Below, piece after piece: positions 1 to 12,999 of a DNA stretch of 64,000 bases (its first letter is position 1; each line of letters starts with the position of its first letter). The notes under the pieces were generated by a model that ran no database searches, had not been told where the DNA came from, and saw only the letters and a program-made list of their open reading frames with translations. The position numbers and the translations under genes are program-made. Source of the DNA: Adineta vaga (Eukaryota > Animalia > Rotifera); assembly GCA_021613535.1 (NCBI GenBank), contig CP075494.1, forward strand, positions 11,718,001 to 11,782,000, given 5' to 3'.

Positions 1-731
1 ATTTATGATTAATTTTTTCTGTGCTTTATCCTTAAGCAAATCATATATCGATTAGTATTTACATAGAATTTTTCTTTCTTTTTAATTAAAAACAACTTAG
101 GTTTACTCACGTTTTGTTTCTTCTGCAACGGTAAGGATGCTAACGAACGGAACGAATTATAAGCAAAAAGGTGAAACTAAAGCAAGTCGCTTATGATTGG
201 TCAGGAAATTTTTGGCAAGGTTCCTAAATAATTTTAACATCAGTGGATAGAGTATGTTCTTCTCTATCAATTTAGGTATTTGGTTTTTATTTAAAAATAG
301 GTATTGAGTGATAGGGGGCGTTTTTCTTCATATGGATGTCGTTGTATTATGAACGTATAGAATATGAATCACTATTGCGCATATCAATTGTTTTATATTT
401 GTAGTTTAATTAAGAAGAAAATTTATTAAAAATATAAAAGCTCTTAGAGAAATTGACTGTTATCTGTTGTTCTAGGATGCACAAGGGAAGAACTATATAG
501 TGTATTATGATTGAAATAATAGTTGATGATTAACCTAAATTTTGAAAAAAAGATATTTCTGATTGAAGTTAGATTCATTTTTTTCTATTGACAGATGAAA
601 TGAGTTGAGATAAAAAGACTTGTTCTGAAAGTCAAATTGCGGACAAATTATTAAACTAAATTCAAATAGACGTTACAGATTAATCTAATATTATATTGAC
701 TTAAAATAGACACGAATACATTTGAAAGATA

Positions 732-948
732 CTCAGGCAGACAAAATCGATAAAAAACGCGCTTTACCAGAAAAAACGACGTTCTTATGTTTGTGTTTTT
801 CAACAAAACATATTTATTACGTAAAAAAATACACTTTTGTGCGCGCACAAACGTTGTTATTGGCTATTTTCTGTTGGAAAAAACCAACATAAGAACGTTG
901 TTTTTTTTCTCGCGAATCGCGTTTTTTTATCGATTTTTTCTGTCTGGG
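732..948. mobile_element. Foldback MITE with C(T/C)CAG...CTGGG ends and TA flanks
   Basis: ~732-810 is an imperfect reverse complement of ~867-948 (ctcaggcagacaaaatcgataaaaaacgcg / cgcgtttttttatcgattttttctgtctggg). TA lies on both sides. Confidence 0.75.
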
Positions 949-2534
949 TATTATAGCCAGATTTCGTTGAGATGATCATTTGTGACAATATGTTCATGAG
1001 ATAGTAAAAGTTCAGAGATAAAAATAGACACAAATCTGTTTTTTTGACTGATGGAATCAAGATAAGTCCACCGAGTAGTATTCTCATGCGTTCTGACGTA
1101 CAAACCTACATATAGACAAAACTGTAATAATATTTGAAATAGTTAGACTTTGTCGTAACACATGATAACGCAGTTCATCAACTAAAGATCCTCATGAATG
1201 TATATTTGTCTCCAGAAATGATTTTATTCGAATAGATTGTGTTTATAGTTTAATTATCATGACTATGAGTGATAAATAAGATTTTATATATATCTCGTAT
1301 AGCGCATCATCAACATGAATATCTCAGAAAATTTAATAAAATTATAAATGAGATATAAATTATTAGGAATTATCAGATTCTTATAAATCTACTAATAAAT
1401 GAAACATATCAGTTTAAATGGGAAGATTTTTTATCACTGATTAGATTAGACTATCATATCTGATATTAGTATGAACATCACCGGACGGTTAAATGGAATT
1501 AGTAGATTGCAATCACTCGGTAAGAAGTTCAAATTTAATCAGAGGAAAATAAATAAAAAAATACATAGTGGTGTTTAATGAGTTGACCGAGGTGTTAGAG
1601 TATACCGTCTTAAAATAATGGATAGGTTACAAACATGGAAAGTGAAAGATTACAGATAGATGTCAGAAATAATATAACATCAATATGATAAATTTATTTT
1701 TTTCTAAAGCCGTTAATAACCGCGGTTTGAGCATACGGCGATCTCGAGCGGTGTAGAAAAACCTAATAAAAGGTCTGACTTTTTCGGTGCAAAATCACCG
1801 TTCAAAACCGCAAGTAATAAACCATTAATTGCCACGGTATTTCTTGAAAAATTTTTCCTTGGGAAAACAGATGAATCACCATGTGTCATTGTGGTACAGC
1901 AGTTAGTATAACCAAATAGATCAAACATACCAGTTGATGATGAAAACGTCTTAATGATCGATTGGAAATTTCTGTACGGTCATCATGCATCATCGGATTT
2001 TTTCCTGTTTTTACCAACTATCACTTGTAGGTATTCTCACCCATACACATATATACATACGTGTTTCTCTTTCTCTCACGCTTGTCGCTTCGACAATTCT
2101 TCTCTTGCTTTGTTCGTTGTTTCATTTTTCCTACTTTCTTTATTTTGTTCTTTTCTTGAATTTCTCTTGGATTGGTGAAACTTGAGACTTGTATGCACAG
2201 TATTGACAGAAAAACGGTTCAGCTGCTGTAGAATACATGAGAAAATGGAACAACATTGACAGCCGTTCTGTATATCCATGTCCAGTTAGACCGGGTTAAT
2301 TCTCATTACTTTATTTCGATTATCAGTTAACAGCACAACCATATTCAGATCACAAACGGTCAACGTCATTACCAAACTACAACATTGAAATAATTAGCTA
2401 CTAATGACTATCTTATACGATATTATTTCAGTCCCTTAAAGCGGTAGGAAAATATTTTAGACACTGAATAATATAACATCAGGCGGCCGTCAGCGGCCAA
2501 TATTTTAAATTCAGTAGTTGTAGTTTAGTAATGA

Positions 2535-2780
2535 CCCAGGTCGAACAATACGGTCCGTATACGGCTGGTTACAGCATAAAAACAGACCGTATACTGGCTG
2601 TAACAGCGGGCGCAGTAATACGGCCCGTTTTGAGGGAGAATACAGTCCGTTTACGAGGTCGTAATACTGCGCCCGTGATTACAGAGCGAACTGGCCCTAT
2701 TACTGCCGTAAAAGTACCGTTTTATCACAGTTTACGTCCTGAGAACGCACTGTAAACGGCTCCCTTTTGATCGATCTGGG
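2535..2780. mobile_element. MITE, CMC/EnSpm-like (CCCAG...CTGGG ends, 2-bp TSD GA)
   Basis: cccaggtcgaacaa and ttgatcgatctggg form terminal inverted repeats. GA flanks both ends. The GC-rich interior has short repeats. Confidence 0.7.
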
Positions 2781-2837
2781 GAGGCTAATTGTTTGACCTG
2801 AATTTAATCCGGTTAACTCATAACAGAAATTGGTTAC

Positions 2838-3060
2838 TGTAATGACAAACTGGTTGAGTAGCTAACCGCCTCTCACGGTATGATGTTTATTGACTACTCT
2901 ACATGACCAGAATGTCCCTACTTCACAATAAGACACACGCTTATATAGAGAGAGGAAGAGAAGTGTACATACAGACCAATGAAGCGAAGATAAGAACGAA
3001 AGAATGAACCGAGAAGTCAAACGGTAATACGACCGATAGAATGATATTGTTCTCGTCACA
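2838..3060 (-). mobile_element. Solo LTR (223 bp)
   Basis: TGT...ACA termini with a perfect 5-bp TSD GTTAC (2833-2837, 3061-3065). TATATAA followed by AATAAA on the minus strand. Confidence 0.8.
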
Positions 3061-3463
3061 GTTACCGGCTCAGACTGATATTAGGTGGTGATTTAGTTAG
3101 AAGTTGGATTGATTCGACATATATCTCATGTTTTCCTTTTCGACGGTATTCTCTTCCGACGATCACTTGGTTACCTTTGCATGTGTCATACATGTTTGAA
3201 TTTTCCCTTTCTGGAAAACGTTTACGTGTAGAAAAAGCCTGTTCGCCTTCATACGTGCACTATTGTATTTTTTTGAGTGTGGGTGTGAGTATCAATCAAA
3301 TTAGTAGATGCATACTCGTATCCACGCACCCTAAGCGGACGCCCTACGTATTTACTCCAACTGACTCTATTTTGAACTCATTATACACTGTAGAAATATT
3401 CATCCATTGGATAAATAAATCAAATCTATCATAGTATTCAGTACTTCCAATTGATTAATAAAA

Positions 3464-6277
3464 ATGGCCACTGCCACTACAACAACTGATAACCCTCGCG
3501 CAAAAGAGGATGAATCGGACGTTGAAAATTGGTGTGTTATCTGGCTTGACGCTAATGCAAGCACTGAAATTAATCAAAATGAAGAAGAACAATTACGTCC
3601 TATTGTTAAACATTTGAAGACATTTCAAGATAAAGCTTCATGTCGTAAATATCTTAAAGAACAATCCAAAGCAGACAAACTAAAATTAATAGTTAGTGGT
3701 AAATTGGGTCAACAAATTGTTCCTGCTGTTCATGATTTAGAACAAATCGCATCAATCTATGTGTATTGTATCGATTGTCAAAATCATATACAGTGGACTA
3801 AGTCACATCCCAAAGTAAAATTATGCTCGATGGTTTCTCTTTTATTTATGATCTTTCGTTAACAGGTAAAAGCTGTTATTGATAGTTTTGATCAACTACT
3901 GTCTGAAATGAAAGCTGATCGTAAAAACCCGACAACCGTGCAATACTCATTAACTATTGACGATACTGGTAGAACAACAGGACATCTCAATGCTCAATCC
4001 GTTTATTTTCAAAGATTGATTGATTGTTTTCTAGAACTAGAATACAGTCTAGAAGATAGAAACGAATTTCTCGATGTTTATGGAGACCTAGATGATGAAG
4101 GAAAATGCAAAGAGATTGAAGAATTCCGAAAATCTTATTCACCTCAATCTGCTATAAAGCGGTACACACAAGCCACGTTCTTTTACAAAGATCTCAATAA
4201 TGCTTTTCGCACCATGAACTACAGGACGATATTCTTATATCGTTCATACATCGCTGACATATATCGTCAATTAAAAGAAAACCAATCTACAACTCCTTTG
4301 AAAGTTTATCGAGGACAGTTTATGTCCAAATCGGAGATAAAGAAGTTGCAGCGATGTCGTGGTCAACTTATTTCAGTGGGTTCATTTTTTTCAACCAGTC
4401 TTCATAAAGAAACTGCTCAAGCATTCAAAAGTGATAAAGCAACTGACACTTTGGAACCGTTACTATTTGAAATAGATGCCGATCCAAAAATGGCTACTAC
4501 CACACCATTCGCTAAGATCAGTGAACTTAGTGCATTTCATCAAGAATCAGAAGTACTTTTTATGCTTGGCTCTATCTTTCGCTTGGATAGCATCGCTCCA
4601 AATGATGATGGTTCAGGATGGAACATGAAAATGACTTTATGCAGCGAAAATGAGCATGCTTTTAAGGACGATCTTGAGTATATGAAAAAGCAAGCTGACA
4701 ATAGACAAACAAATTATCAAATATTAGGAGACTTACTATTCATACTGCGTGAATTCAATTCAGCTAGACTATGCTTTACTCGTCATTTAGACAAACTTCC
4801 AGAAAATGATACACAGCGTCTTAAATTATATGAAGATCTTGAGAAGCTAGAAGCACAAGCTGGTTTTCATAATGAAGGTATGAAATGGCAAAGAAAGGCG
4901 CGCGCATTTCAAGATCAAAATCCTTCAACTTCTATACCCAGTAATACTGCTACAACGACCACTCACATTAGTAAGTTTACTAGAACGACTTATCTCATTT
5001 CTAAGTCGATACTCTATATAAATATATGAGTTGAGATGTTATTAGACATAGCACAATCGAATAGTGGATGTGCTTCTACACGAATAGCAAGGTCACATTC
5101 CCATATTAACCCTCACCCACCCACACCCACACCCTTATATCGATAAATCATTAATAATCATTTATTCTTAATAACAAAACAAGCCTAAAACATAGTTCAC
5201 CCTTCTCATGCTTAGCTTTTTCCGAGAAAAATTATCCCATTCGATCGCTGTCTTCATAAAAAACACAGTAACCAAATGTTTTATCTTATCAATATTTGCG
5301 AATTTCCTTCATTTCGACAGAAATATTTTTCGACTTTTTTAGTTCTTCCCAGCATACCTTCAGATGGAGAGTGGGAGAACGCAGGGTTCAGTGTTGCTGG
5401 AGGACATGATCGAGGCAACGGTAAAAATCAACTCGACCTCCCTATGGGTCTGTGTATTGATGATGATGATGATAATGATGATCAAACAATATTTATTGCT
5501 GACCAGTCGAATCATCGTATCATTCAATGCAAGAGAGGTGAGACCAATGGGGTAGTTGTTGCGGGTGGAAATGGCGAAGGAGGTGATGATAATCAGTTAT
5601 GTAATCCTAGTGATGTATTGATTGACAAACAGTCGAATTGTCTCCTAATTTGTGATCGAGGAAATCGACGGGTTGTACGATGGCCTCGATACACTGGCAT
5701 TGCTAAGGGAGAAACTCTGATCAACAACATTGACTGTCGAGGTTTAGCGATGGATAACCAGGGAAATCTCTATGTGTCTGACATTGAAAACCATGAAGTA
5801 AGAAGGTATGAAATACATAGAGGAGATACGAAAGGAATTCTGGTCGCTGGTGGCAATGGAAAAGGCGGTGATAAGAACCAACTCAAGTATCCAACATGCA
5901 TCTTTGTCGATCGTCAACAAAGTGTTTATTTGTCTGACAAAGGAAATCATCGTGTAATGAAATGGAAGAAGGGTGCGAATAAAGGCATTGTTGTCGCTGG
6001 AGGAAAAGGGTACGGCGCTTCTCAGCATCAATTGTGGAGTCCACGTGGAATCATCGTCGATATGTTGGGTAATCTCTATGTGGCAGAGTTTGGAGATGAT
6101 CGTGTGACATATTGGTCAGTTGGAGCGAAGGAAGGCATTGTGATCGCCGGTGGGAATGATGAAGGAGCAGCAGCAAATCAGTTCGATGGTCCCAATGGCT
6201 TGTGCTTCGATAAACGTGGTCGTCTCTATGTCGTGGATAATAGAAATCACCGAGTTCAATGTTTTTCACGTAAATAA
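3464..6277 (+). CDS. Receiver-like domain + Arg-type ADP-ribosyltransferase + TPR-like helices + NHL beta-propeller (exons 3464-3814, 3866-4970, 5343-6277)
   Basis: ART R-S-E motifs VYRGQ / FFSTS / QESEVLF. NHL repeats (VAGGNG..G...QL..P...lyvaD..NHRV). Splice phases join in frame. Confidence 0.85.
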
Positions 6278-6351
6278 AAAACTTCACTGATCTTAGTATC
6301 TATATGAGTAGATTTCATCGATTTCATGGAGTAATTTTTCGACTTTTTTAG

Positions 6352-7349
6352 TTCTCCCCAGCATACCTTCAGATGGAGAATGGCAGGAAAGAGGGTTCAC
6401 TGTTGCTGGAGGACATGATGGAGGCAACGGTAAAAATCAACTCGACCTCCCTCTGGGTCTGTCCATTGATGATGATGATGATAATGATGATCAGACAATA
6501 TTTATTGCTGACCAGGCGAATCATCGTATCATTCAATGCAAGAGAGGTGAGAACAATAGGGTAGTTGTTGCTGGTGGAAATGGCGAAGGAAATGGTGATA
6601 ATCAGTTATGTAATCCGAGTGATGTATTGATTGACAAACAGTCGAATTGTCTTCTGGTTTGTGATCACGGAAATCGACGGGTTGTACGATGACCTCGATG
6701 GATTGGGAGATGGCCTCGGTATAGTGGCATAGCTAAGGGAGAAACTCTGATCAACAATATTGACTGTCGAGGTTTAGCGATGGATAACCAGGGAAATCTC
6801 TATGTGTCTGACATTGAAAACCATGAAGTAAGAAGGTATGAAATACATAGAGGAGATACGAAAGGAATTCTGGTCGCTGGTGGCAATGGAAAAGGCGGTG
6901 ATAAGAACCAACTCAAGTATCCAACATGCATCTTTGTCGATCGTCAACAAAGTGTTTATTTGTCTGACAAAGGAAATCATCGTGTAATGAAATGGAAGAA
7001 GGGTGCGAATAAAGGCATTGTTGTCGCTGGAGGAGAAGGGAATGGCGCTTCTCAGAAGCAGCTGTCGGGTCCACGTGGAATCGTCGTCGATACGTCGGGT
7101 AATCTTTATGTGGCAGAATTTCACAATAATTGCGTGACACGTTGGTCAGAAGGAGCCAACGAAGGCATTGTCATCGCTGGTGGAAATAGGGCTGGAGCAG
7201 CAAAGAATCAGTTCGATGGTCCCAATGGCTTGTGCTTCGATAAACGTGGTCGTCTCTATGTTGTAGATAGTAAAAATCACCGAGTTCAACGTTTTTCTTG
7301 TGAAAGAAAAATGTTAACTAGCCTGATAAACTTTTTACGAAATATTTGA
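6352..7349 (+). pseudogene. Tandem duplicate of the NHL terminal exon with an in-frame TGA
   Basis: Same acceptor context (gacttttttag|tt) and phase as 5343. TGA at 6690-6692 lies within a 21-nt insertion; the frame is otherwise open to 7349. Confidence 0.75.
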
Positions 7350-8469
7350 AAGATAGCTCTCTCTAATCGAGTATGATAGAAAGAAGTTAATAACCAATTA
7401 ACGTAATATATAAAGTTACGAGTTCAATGAAGTATTTTTATATCAAAGTAAAAGACGCAAACAATAAATCATCGATGAATACACATATAAGTAACACAAT
7501 AATATCAATATAATGATAATGAACGGTAACGAGGTCTTTTGGTTCTTGTGTTTCTAATCATGGTGAGACTGTATGAGATTTTTCTTTATACGATTGATCT
7601 ACAAGTCTACTCATTAACAACTGAGTACTCATTCTTTTTCTTTCATTCGGTTCGCTCTATCATTCTCTCTCTTCTATTCTATTATTGAAGATAGAAGTTC
7701 ATGATTGAACGAGAGTCAACTTACACCATCGGATCAATTCATATCTAAGCAAGTATAGTTCTATTACTGAACTTGTCATCTTTCGCCTGTTAATGATTTC
7801 TAATCTGAAAACGAGCATCCTACTCTTATGTAATCCTTTTCGAATCTAGTGCTACCCAATATGTCAAGCCACATTATAATGCATGAATAATTCTCTGGCT
7901 ACTTCAATTCGATCTAAAGCCAAGTAAAGATAGGGACACGTAATATGTGAATAAGAGAAAAAGACTAACCGATCTTCTCTATGAGTAGAAAAGGTTATAA
8001 TGTTATTACTTAACATATAATCTGTTGGCACGTGATGGAAGTTAGCCGCAGATTCGACTATTTCCTGCCGACATTCGGTTAGATACTTGTGAGAGGTCTC
8101 ATACTTCTGGGATGGATAGAGTTCATCACTCTGCATTGAATGGTACCGGATGAGAGGAGATCAGTCACCGAAAACCAGGGTTTTCATCCAAAATACTATG
8201 AAAATAGGTGGTTTTACTCAGTAATCCTTGCTAATATTCACTTTGATACTTGGAATACATGCGAAATGTTTCCGTATGAATTACAGCATAGTATTTTCAT
8301 TGCTGTAATCTTTTGTAAATGAAGATTTTATACAACTGTAAGTTACGAAAATCCTTAAAAGTGAGCTTCAGTGTAAATTTGTACATTTAAATAATTGTAT
8401 ATGCCATATGTTCTATAATTTTCATGTGATAGATTAGAAATGTAGAATTTTTTCTAAAGTAAACTATTT

Positions 8470-8610
8470 AAAGCATCATATGGCAACTGTTTGTATCGTA
8501 GCTTTGTTACATTTTGGTACAAGCTGTCAAAATATTTTGAGTTATTATTTAGATCGGATTCAAAGAATAGATGTTGTGGCATTTCTCTGGCAATCTTTAG
8601 CAATTAAAGT
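8470..8610 (+). pseudogene. Possible OTU deubiquitinase fragment (frameshifted)
   Basis: GNCLYRS at 8482-8502, continuing in another frame as ALLHFGT...RIDVVAFL. Resembles the OTU catalytic DGNCLfRAls..lfG segment. Confidence 0.35.
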
Positions 8611-8933
8611 AAAGAAAGTATAGGTATAATTGATATGCGATGAACATATAGGTTGTCGTTAGGGATATTATGTGTTCAAATGAATGAGTTTAATGAAAAA
8701 CACAGAGAAATATGAAGTGACTTGTTTAAATGAATAACGACCGATCGGATAGAATACAGAGAAAATAAAAGATATCGACAGATATAAATCGGGTTGAGTG
8801 AAGGAAGAGAAAAAAATATAGACATCATATGTAATACAAGAAAAGTTGATATATATCATTAAATTAAGAGAAAATAAGATTCATCATATATCCCATTGAT
8901 TCCTTAATGTGTTTCGCCTAAAAAACGTGTTGA

Positions 8934-9504
8934 TTATAATTGCAATACGTATAGTGCCAATTCGACGAGCACGCGACCATCATGAATGACACATCCCAAA
9001 TGATTTGTATCATCGAAATGGTAATAAGTACCACCCTGTGCTTTGATAATTGCCGTGAAGTGTTGATTTGTGTTGTTGATACCGGCAGACAGATTATAGC
9101 TAAATATTATGCAAAATGAATGAGGTCTGCAAATGTTGTGAACTTACGTATATTCACCAATATAAAGAAGATCTGGTAATTCTGTCATGGATGCAGAATT
9201 TTTCCCAACATCAACAATAACAAATGGTGCTTTGTGTATAAATTTTGCTTTGTCTACTATTCGAGTAGCTTCACATATATAATGCTTTCTACAACTCAAT
9301 AATGTTTACACGAAAATGGGTAAGATTGGCACTTACTCCATACGAGTTACATTTGTCTCTACATCCACAACAGGAAATTTGTCGTCAACTGAATATTCTG
9401 CTGGATATTTTCGAGGTTTAAAACGACCGAGATCTATTCGACATTGATGTTCTCGTGTGTTGGCAAATTTCGGTATGAAATTCATGAATTCACGATTGAC
9501 TCTC
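8934..9504 (-). pseudogene. 3' fragment of a spliced USP/C19-like peptidase gene (exons 9504-9337, 9288-9148, 9099-8934)
   Basis: Two 48-bp GT-AG introns join in frame. The product ends YNLSAGINNTNQHFTAIIKAQGGTYYHFDD...LALYVLQL*, similar to the USP His box. The 5' part is absent. Confidence 0.55.
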
Positions 9505-9889
9505 CTACATTGAGAATAATACAAATTAAAAATTATATATGATGAATCAATAAAAAGAATTCAATCAGTATGTAAACAGTCGACTGATAAGACAACATTG
9601 TTTGATAAAGAATTAAATTATAAAACAATGAAATGTGTGACTAATTCAACATATCCTATTTATCTACTCGTTCTTTATCAGCTGCATTCATCGTTGATTG
9701 GCAACATATTGTATATTCATCTTACATGTTTGTCCTTCTATTACACTTTCTTATTCCTTCGGACAACGCGATACATACGAAAGAAGAAATAATAGACTAG
9801 AGACACATTCGTGTTGATTAAAAACACCTTCTGTCTCTTTTGTGCAATTTTGTATAGAAGAAGCTTTCTGCTAACTCAGAAACTTTACT

Positions 9890-10686
9890 GTCTTATTGTT
9901 GCTACATCATTTTTTCGTCCTGTGATTGAGAATGATAATATTATCGCTGTTAATACACAAGATCAATCAGTTATGACATGGACTGATATTACAAACAAGA
10001 ATGAATGTCTATTTTCAATTTTCATTTATTGTTCAAAGAAATTGCCGTTCATTCGACTGAATGATTTACCTTGTTTATCAAAACTGTTAAATGATAATAA
10101 ACAGGTTGTCACTTCATGTGAAATAACACGTTCCCATCATAAGCAAACCGATTTTATTAACTTCGATAATAACGTTTGGCTTTTTTCTCATGACAGACAA
10201 CCAATGTATTGTCAATTACAAACAGATATTGGGCTATATAACGGCTTTACGATTATCAATGAACCATCTATCTTACGTCTACCATGTGGAAATACATTGA
10301 ATTGTTCTGGTATTAAATTGACTTCGTCCAGTTGTACTGATCGAAATGTTTTAATTAAATCTTCAGATACAGAACAATATGTACAACTACAAACTATTCC
10401 ACGGTCTCTTAAAAATATGAATAAACAATTGTTTTCCACGCATCAGTCAATAATTAAAAATTCCTTTAAAACTATTCTTGATGACTTGAAAGAAAATAGA
10501 TTAACCATCAAAACTCTAATTACAGAATTCGGTGAAATCGGTTTATCAGCAATTTTTCTTATTTTTGCATCATTTATTTCACTTTTCGTTCGATGGACTA
10601 AGCGTTCGCTGTTGAAACGTATAGAACGACTTGAGAACAATCTAGATGATCTTGTGAATGCGTTTGCTACGCGTCTAGAAAGTTGA
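9890..10686 (+). mobile_element. C-terminal part of an env-like ORF of an LTR retrotransposon
   Basis: Cys-rich ectodomain, C-terminal TM segment (IGLSAIFLIFASFISLFV) and a short coiled-coil tail. Intronless and directly upstream of a PPT + LTR. Confidence 0.7.
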
Positions 10687-10799
10687 ACTTTCTGAAACAT
10701 TAAAAAATCATTCTTCATTATTGTAACTATCTTTTCTGTTAATAAATAAATAAATGAATAAACAAAGCAACTCTTATCTAGCATAGTCTAGTGGGAAAA

Positions 10800-11125
10800 T
10801 GATCAAGTATTGACGTCGCCTTCTACAACATATTGTATATTATTTCTTTGAATTCTAGAAATTCTTCATAGGAACAAGATATAGATATATTTCAATTCAT
10901 CTAATAATTCTCTCATTGAATATATATCTTCACATAGGATCTATCCATGGTTGTTATCTTTCACTCTGTCTCTCTTTCTCTCGCTTGTCTCTGATGAGTG
11001 ACGCGCTCACTCAAGGGAAAAGCTGAGAGCATGAATATAAGAAGAGAAATAATTTATAGAATGAAATATATAGCTAATTATCACCAAAGTTCATCGTAAG
11101 ACTCATGTCTTATCAAACAGGATCA
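10800..11125 (+). mobile_element. 3' LTR
   Basis: Purine tract AGTGGGAAAA directly before TGATC...GATCA termini. TATAA-like box near 11036 and hairpin TGAGTGA-cgcgc-TCACTCA. Confidence 0.65.
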
Positions 11126-12999
11126 GAGTCCGAACAATAGAAAACGATAACTGAGGATTACAAATATCCATATTAAAATTAATATTATAAATATCCGCAA
11201 AGTATTACAGAGTAAAACCACCTATTTTCATAGTATTTTGGGTGAAAACCCTGGTTTTTGGTGATAGACCCTCTCTCATGCGGCACCATTCGATGCAGAA
11301 TGATGAGTTCTATCCATCCCAGAAGTATGAGACCTATCCCAAGTACCTAAGCGAATGTCGGCAGGAAATAGTCGAATCTGCGGCTAACTTCCATCACGTT
11401 TTTCTCTACTATAATATAGATGATGTTTCAAGTGCTTCTACTCTCATGATCTAGAATACGAAAATAAAAAGATGGACTTAAAAAACATTGATCTACAAAA
11501 TGTACTCTATTTTTTATCGTTACGAATAGGAGTATTTTTACGTAAAAATATAACTATTTATTTTACTATATTCTATTTCAAGAATTATTCAAATATTATT
11601 ATCATAATTTATGCTTATTCCCTTTTCTGAAAGAAAAGGTTATAGGCTCGCTAAATAAGGGCGTTAAAATGCTTAAAGTTTGTTTGTTTGTCCAAGCCAA
11701 TCAGAAAACAGCGTTCATTAAATCAATCAAAACTTATTCATAGTCATTAGAAGATGATTCGCCAAAGGGTAATCGAGGTCGAAAATCCCGAATCCGTTTT
11801 TAGTTTTTCAAAATTTTTTTGGAAGCATCAGTTTTATTAGACAATGGATCATTCGAAAGAAAAATATCTAATATGTTAGGTCTGATGATAGATTATTGGC
11901 TTTGAAGAATGCGAGTGTGAGAATAGTTTTCTTTATAATTGTGTAGATGGATATAACTTCATGATAATACAAATAAGACAGCACGGAAAAACGTTCTGGG
12001 AGACGAGCAAAATCTTTGTATTTTTTTCAGTGTGATGTATATATAGATTATAGTTAGTAACATTGAGCGGAGTAAGCTAAAAAAATGATTAATCTCTCAG
12101 CTCATTTCAAAAGAAAGAGCAGTAAAGGCAGGTGTCCATTTAATGTGACTAACTTCATGAATAAAGGGATAAATAGATGTGATGGCGCTCGAAAAAGTTA
12201 TTTCTCATAAAATAATAATATTCTTGAATTTTCATAACATCGAGCTTGCATTTTTGGACAAAGTGGTAGCCGAAATATACGAAAAGTAGTATTTCCATAA
12301 CCTGAAGCTCTCGTGTATTTACATCTTTCGCAACGTTTTAGAGGCTGTGCGAAATTTTTATTGGTCAATTAAATGTTGTTTTGTGAGAAAGTCAACTGGA
12401 TGAAAAAAAAGGAAATTGCAATACTTTCTGCTTGATATACATTTACAATATGTTCTAGAGTAACACGATGGTTTTAGACCTTACAAAGTTTGTTATCAAT
12501 CGGTGTATATATGATTAGTGACTGTATTCAACTGTCGAAAATGTTAATACAAAAACAATGTTCTTTGTAAATACTATAGTTTACATAACTTGTCTGCGAC
12601 AAAGGTATAATTCCAATAATTATGAGGTTTATATTATCTATAGAAATCTTTGGACGACGTTAAAACATGTCATCATTTGCTTAAGTGTATGAAAAAATAT
12701 TCCGTGTTTTTAATGAGAACTCATATGGAATAATTGAATGTGTTTTTTAAATTCAACATGAAAAGAATTTAATTATTCTTTTGTTAGTCCACCATCGTCA
12801 TGTAATCATATATTTTTATCAGTTCTATATATTCTCATGTGTTCTTGTTGTTTTATAAGATAATATCATATGCAATCAATAAAGAGACCACGAAATACTA
12901 GTGTTCGTAATTCTAACGACACAAAACGAAGAAAACAAACAAGTAAAAGTTAAATTTGATCATTTTTTTTCATATGTCTTAGTGGAAACAATCAAGTCT

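Larger units (their letters stand above)
8030..11399. mobile_element. Composite element bounded by ~210-bp inverted repeats
   Basis: 8030-~8238 and ~11191-11399 are diverged reverse complements (acgtgatggaagttagccgcagattcgac...). No TSD found. Confidence 0.65.

Noticed and set aside
1935-2325. Possible solo LTR (TGAT...ATCA)
   Set aside because: No 4-5 bp TSD matches these ends. The alternative CCAGT repeat does not give a CA terminus.
651-3434. Short ORFs from the ORF track
   Set aside because: They overlap MITEs, an LTR and AT-rich sequence and show no protein motifs.
6690-6692. Selenocysteine codon
   Set aside because: The TGA aligns with Trp rather than Cys in the paralogous exon, and no SECIS was recognised.
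7514-7865. Another LTR-like TG...CA stretch
   Set aside because: No TSD or second copy in the window.
10991-11025. CTGATGA plus hairpin as a hammerhead ribozyme
   Set aside because: GAAA does not follow stem II and no stems I or III are evident. Treated as an LTR hairpin.
11640-12700. Probable DNA transposon remnant
   Set aside because: Could not define paired ends or coding remnants.
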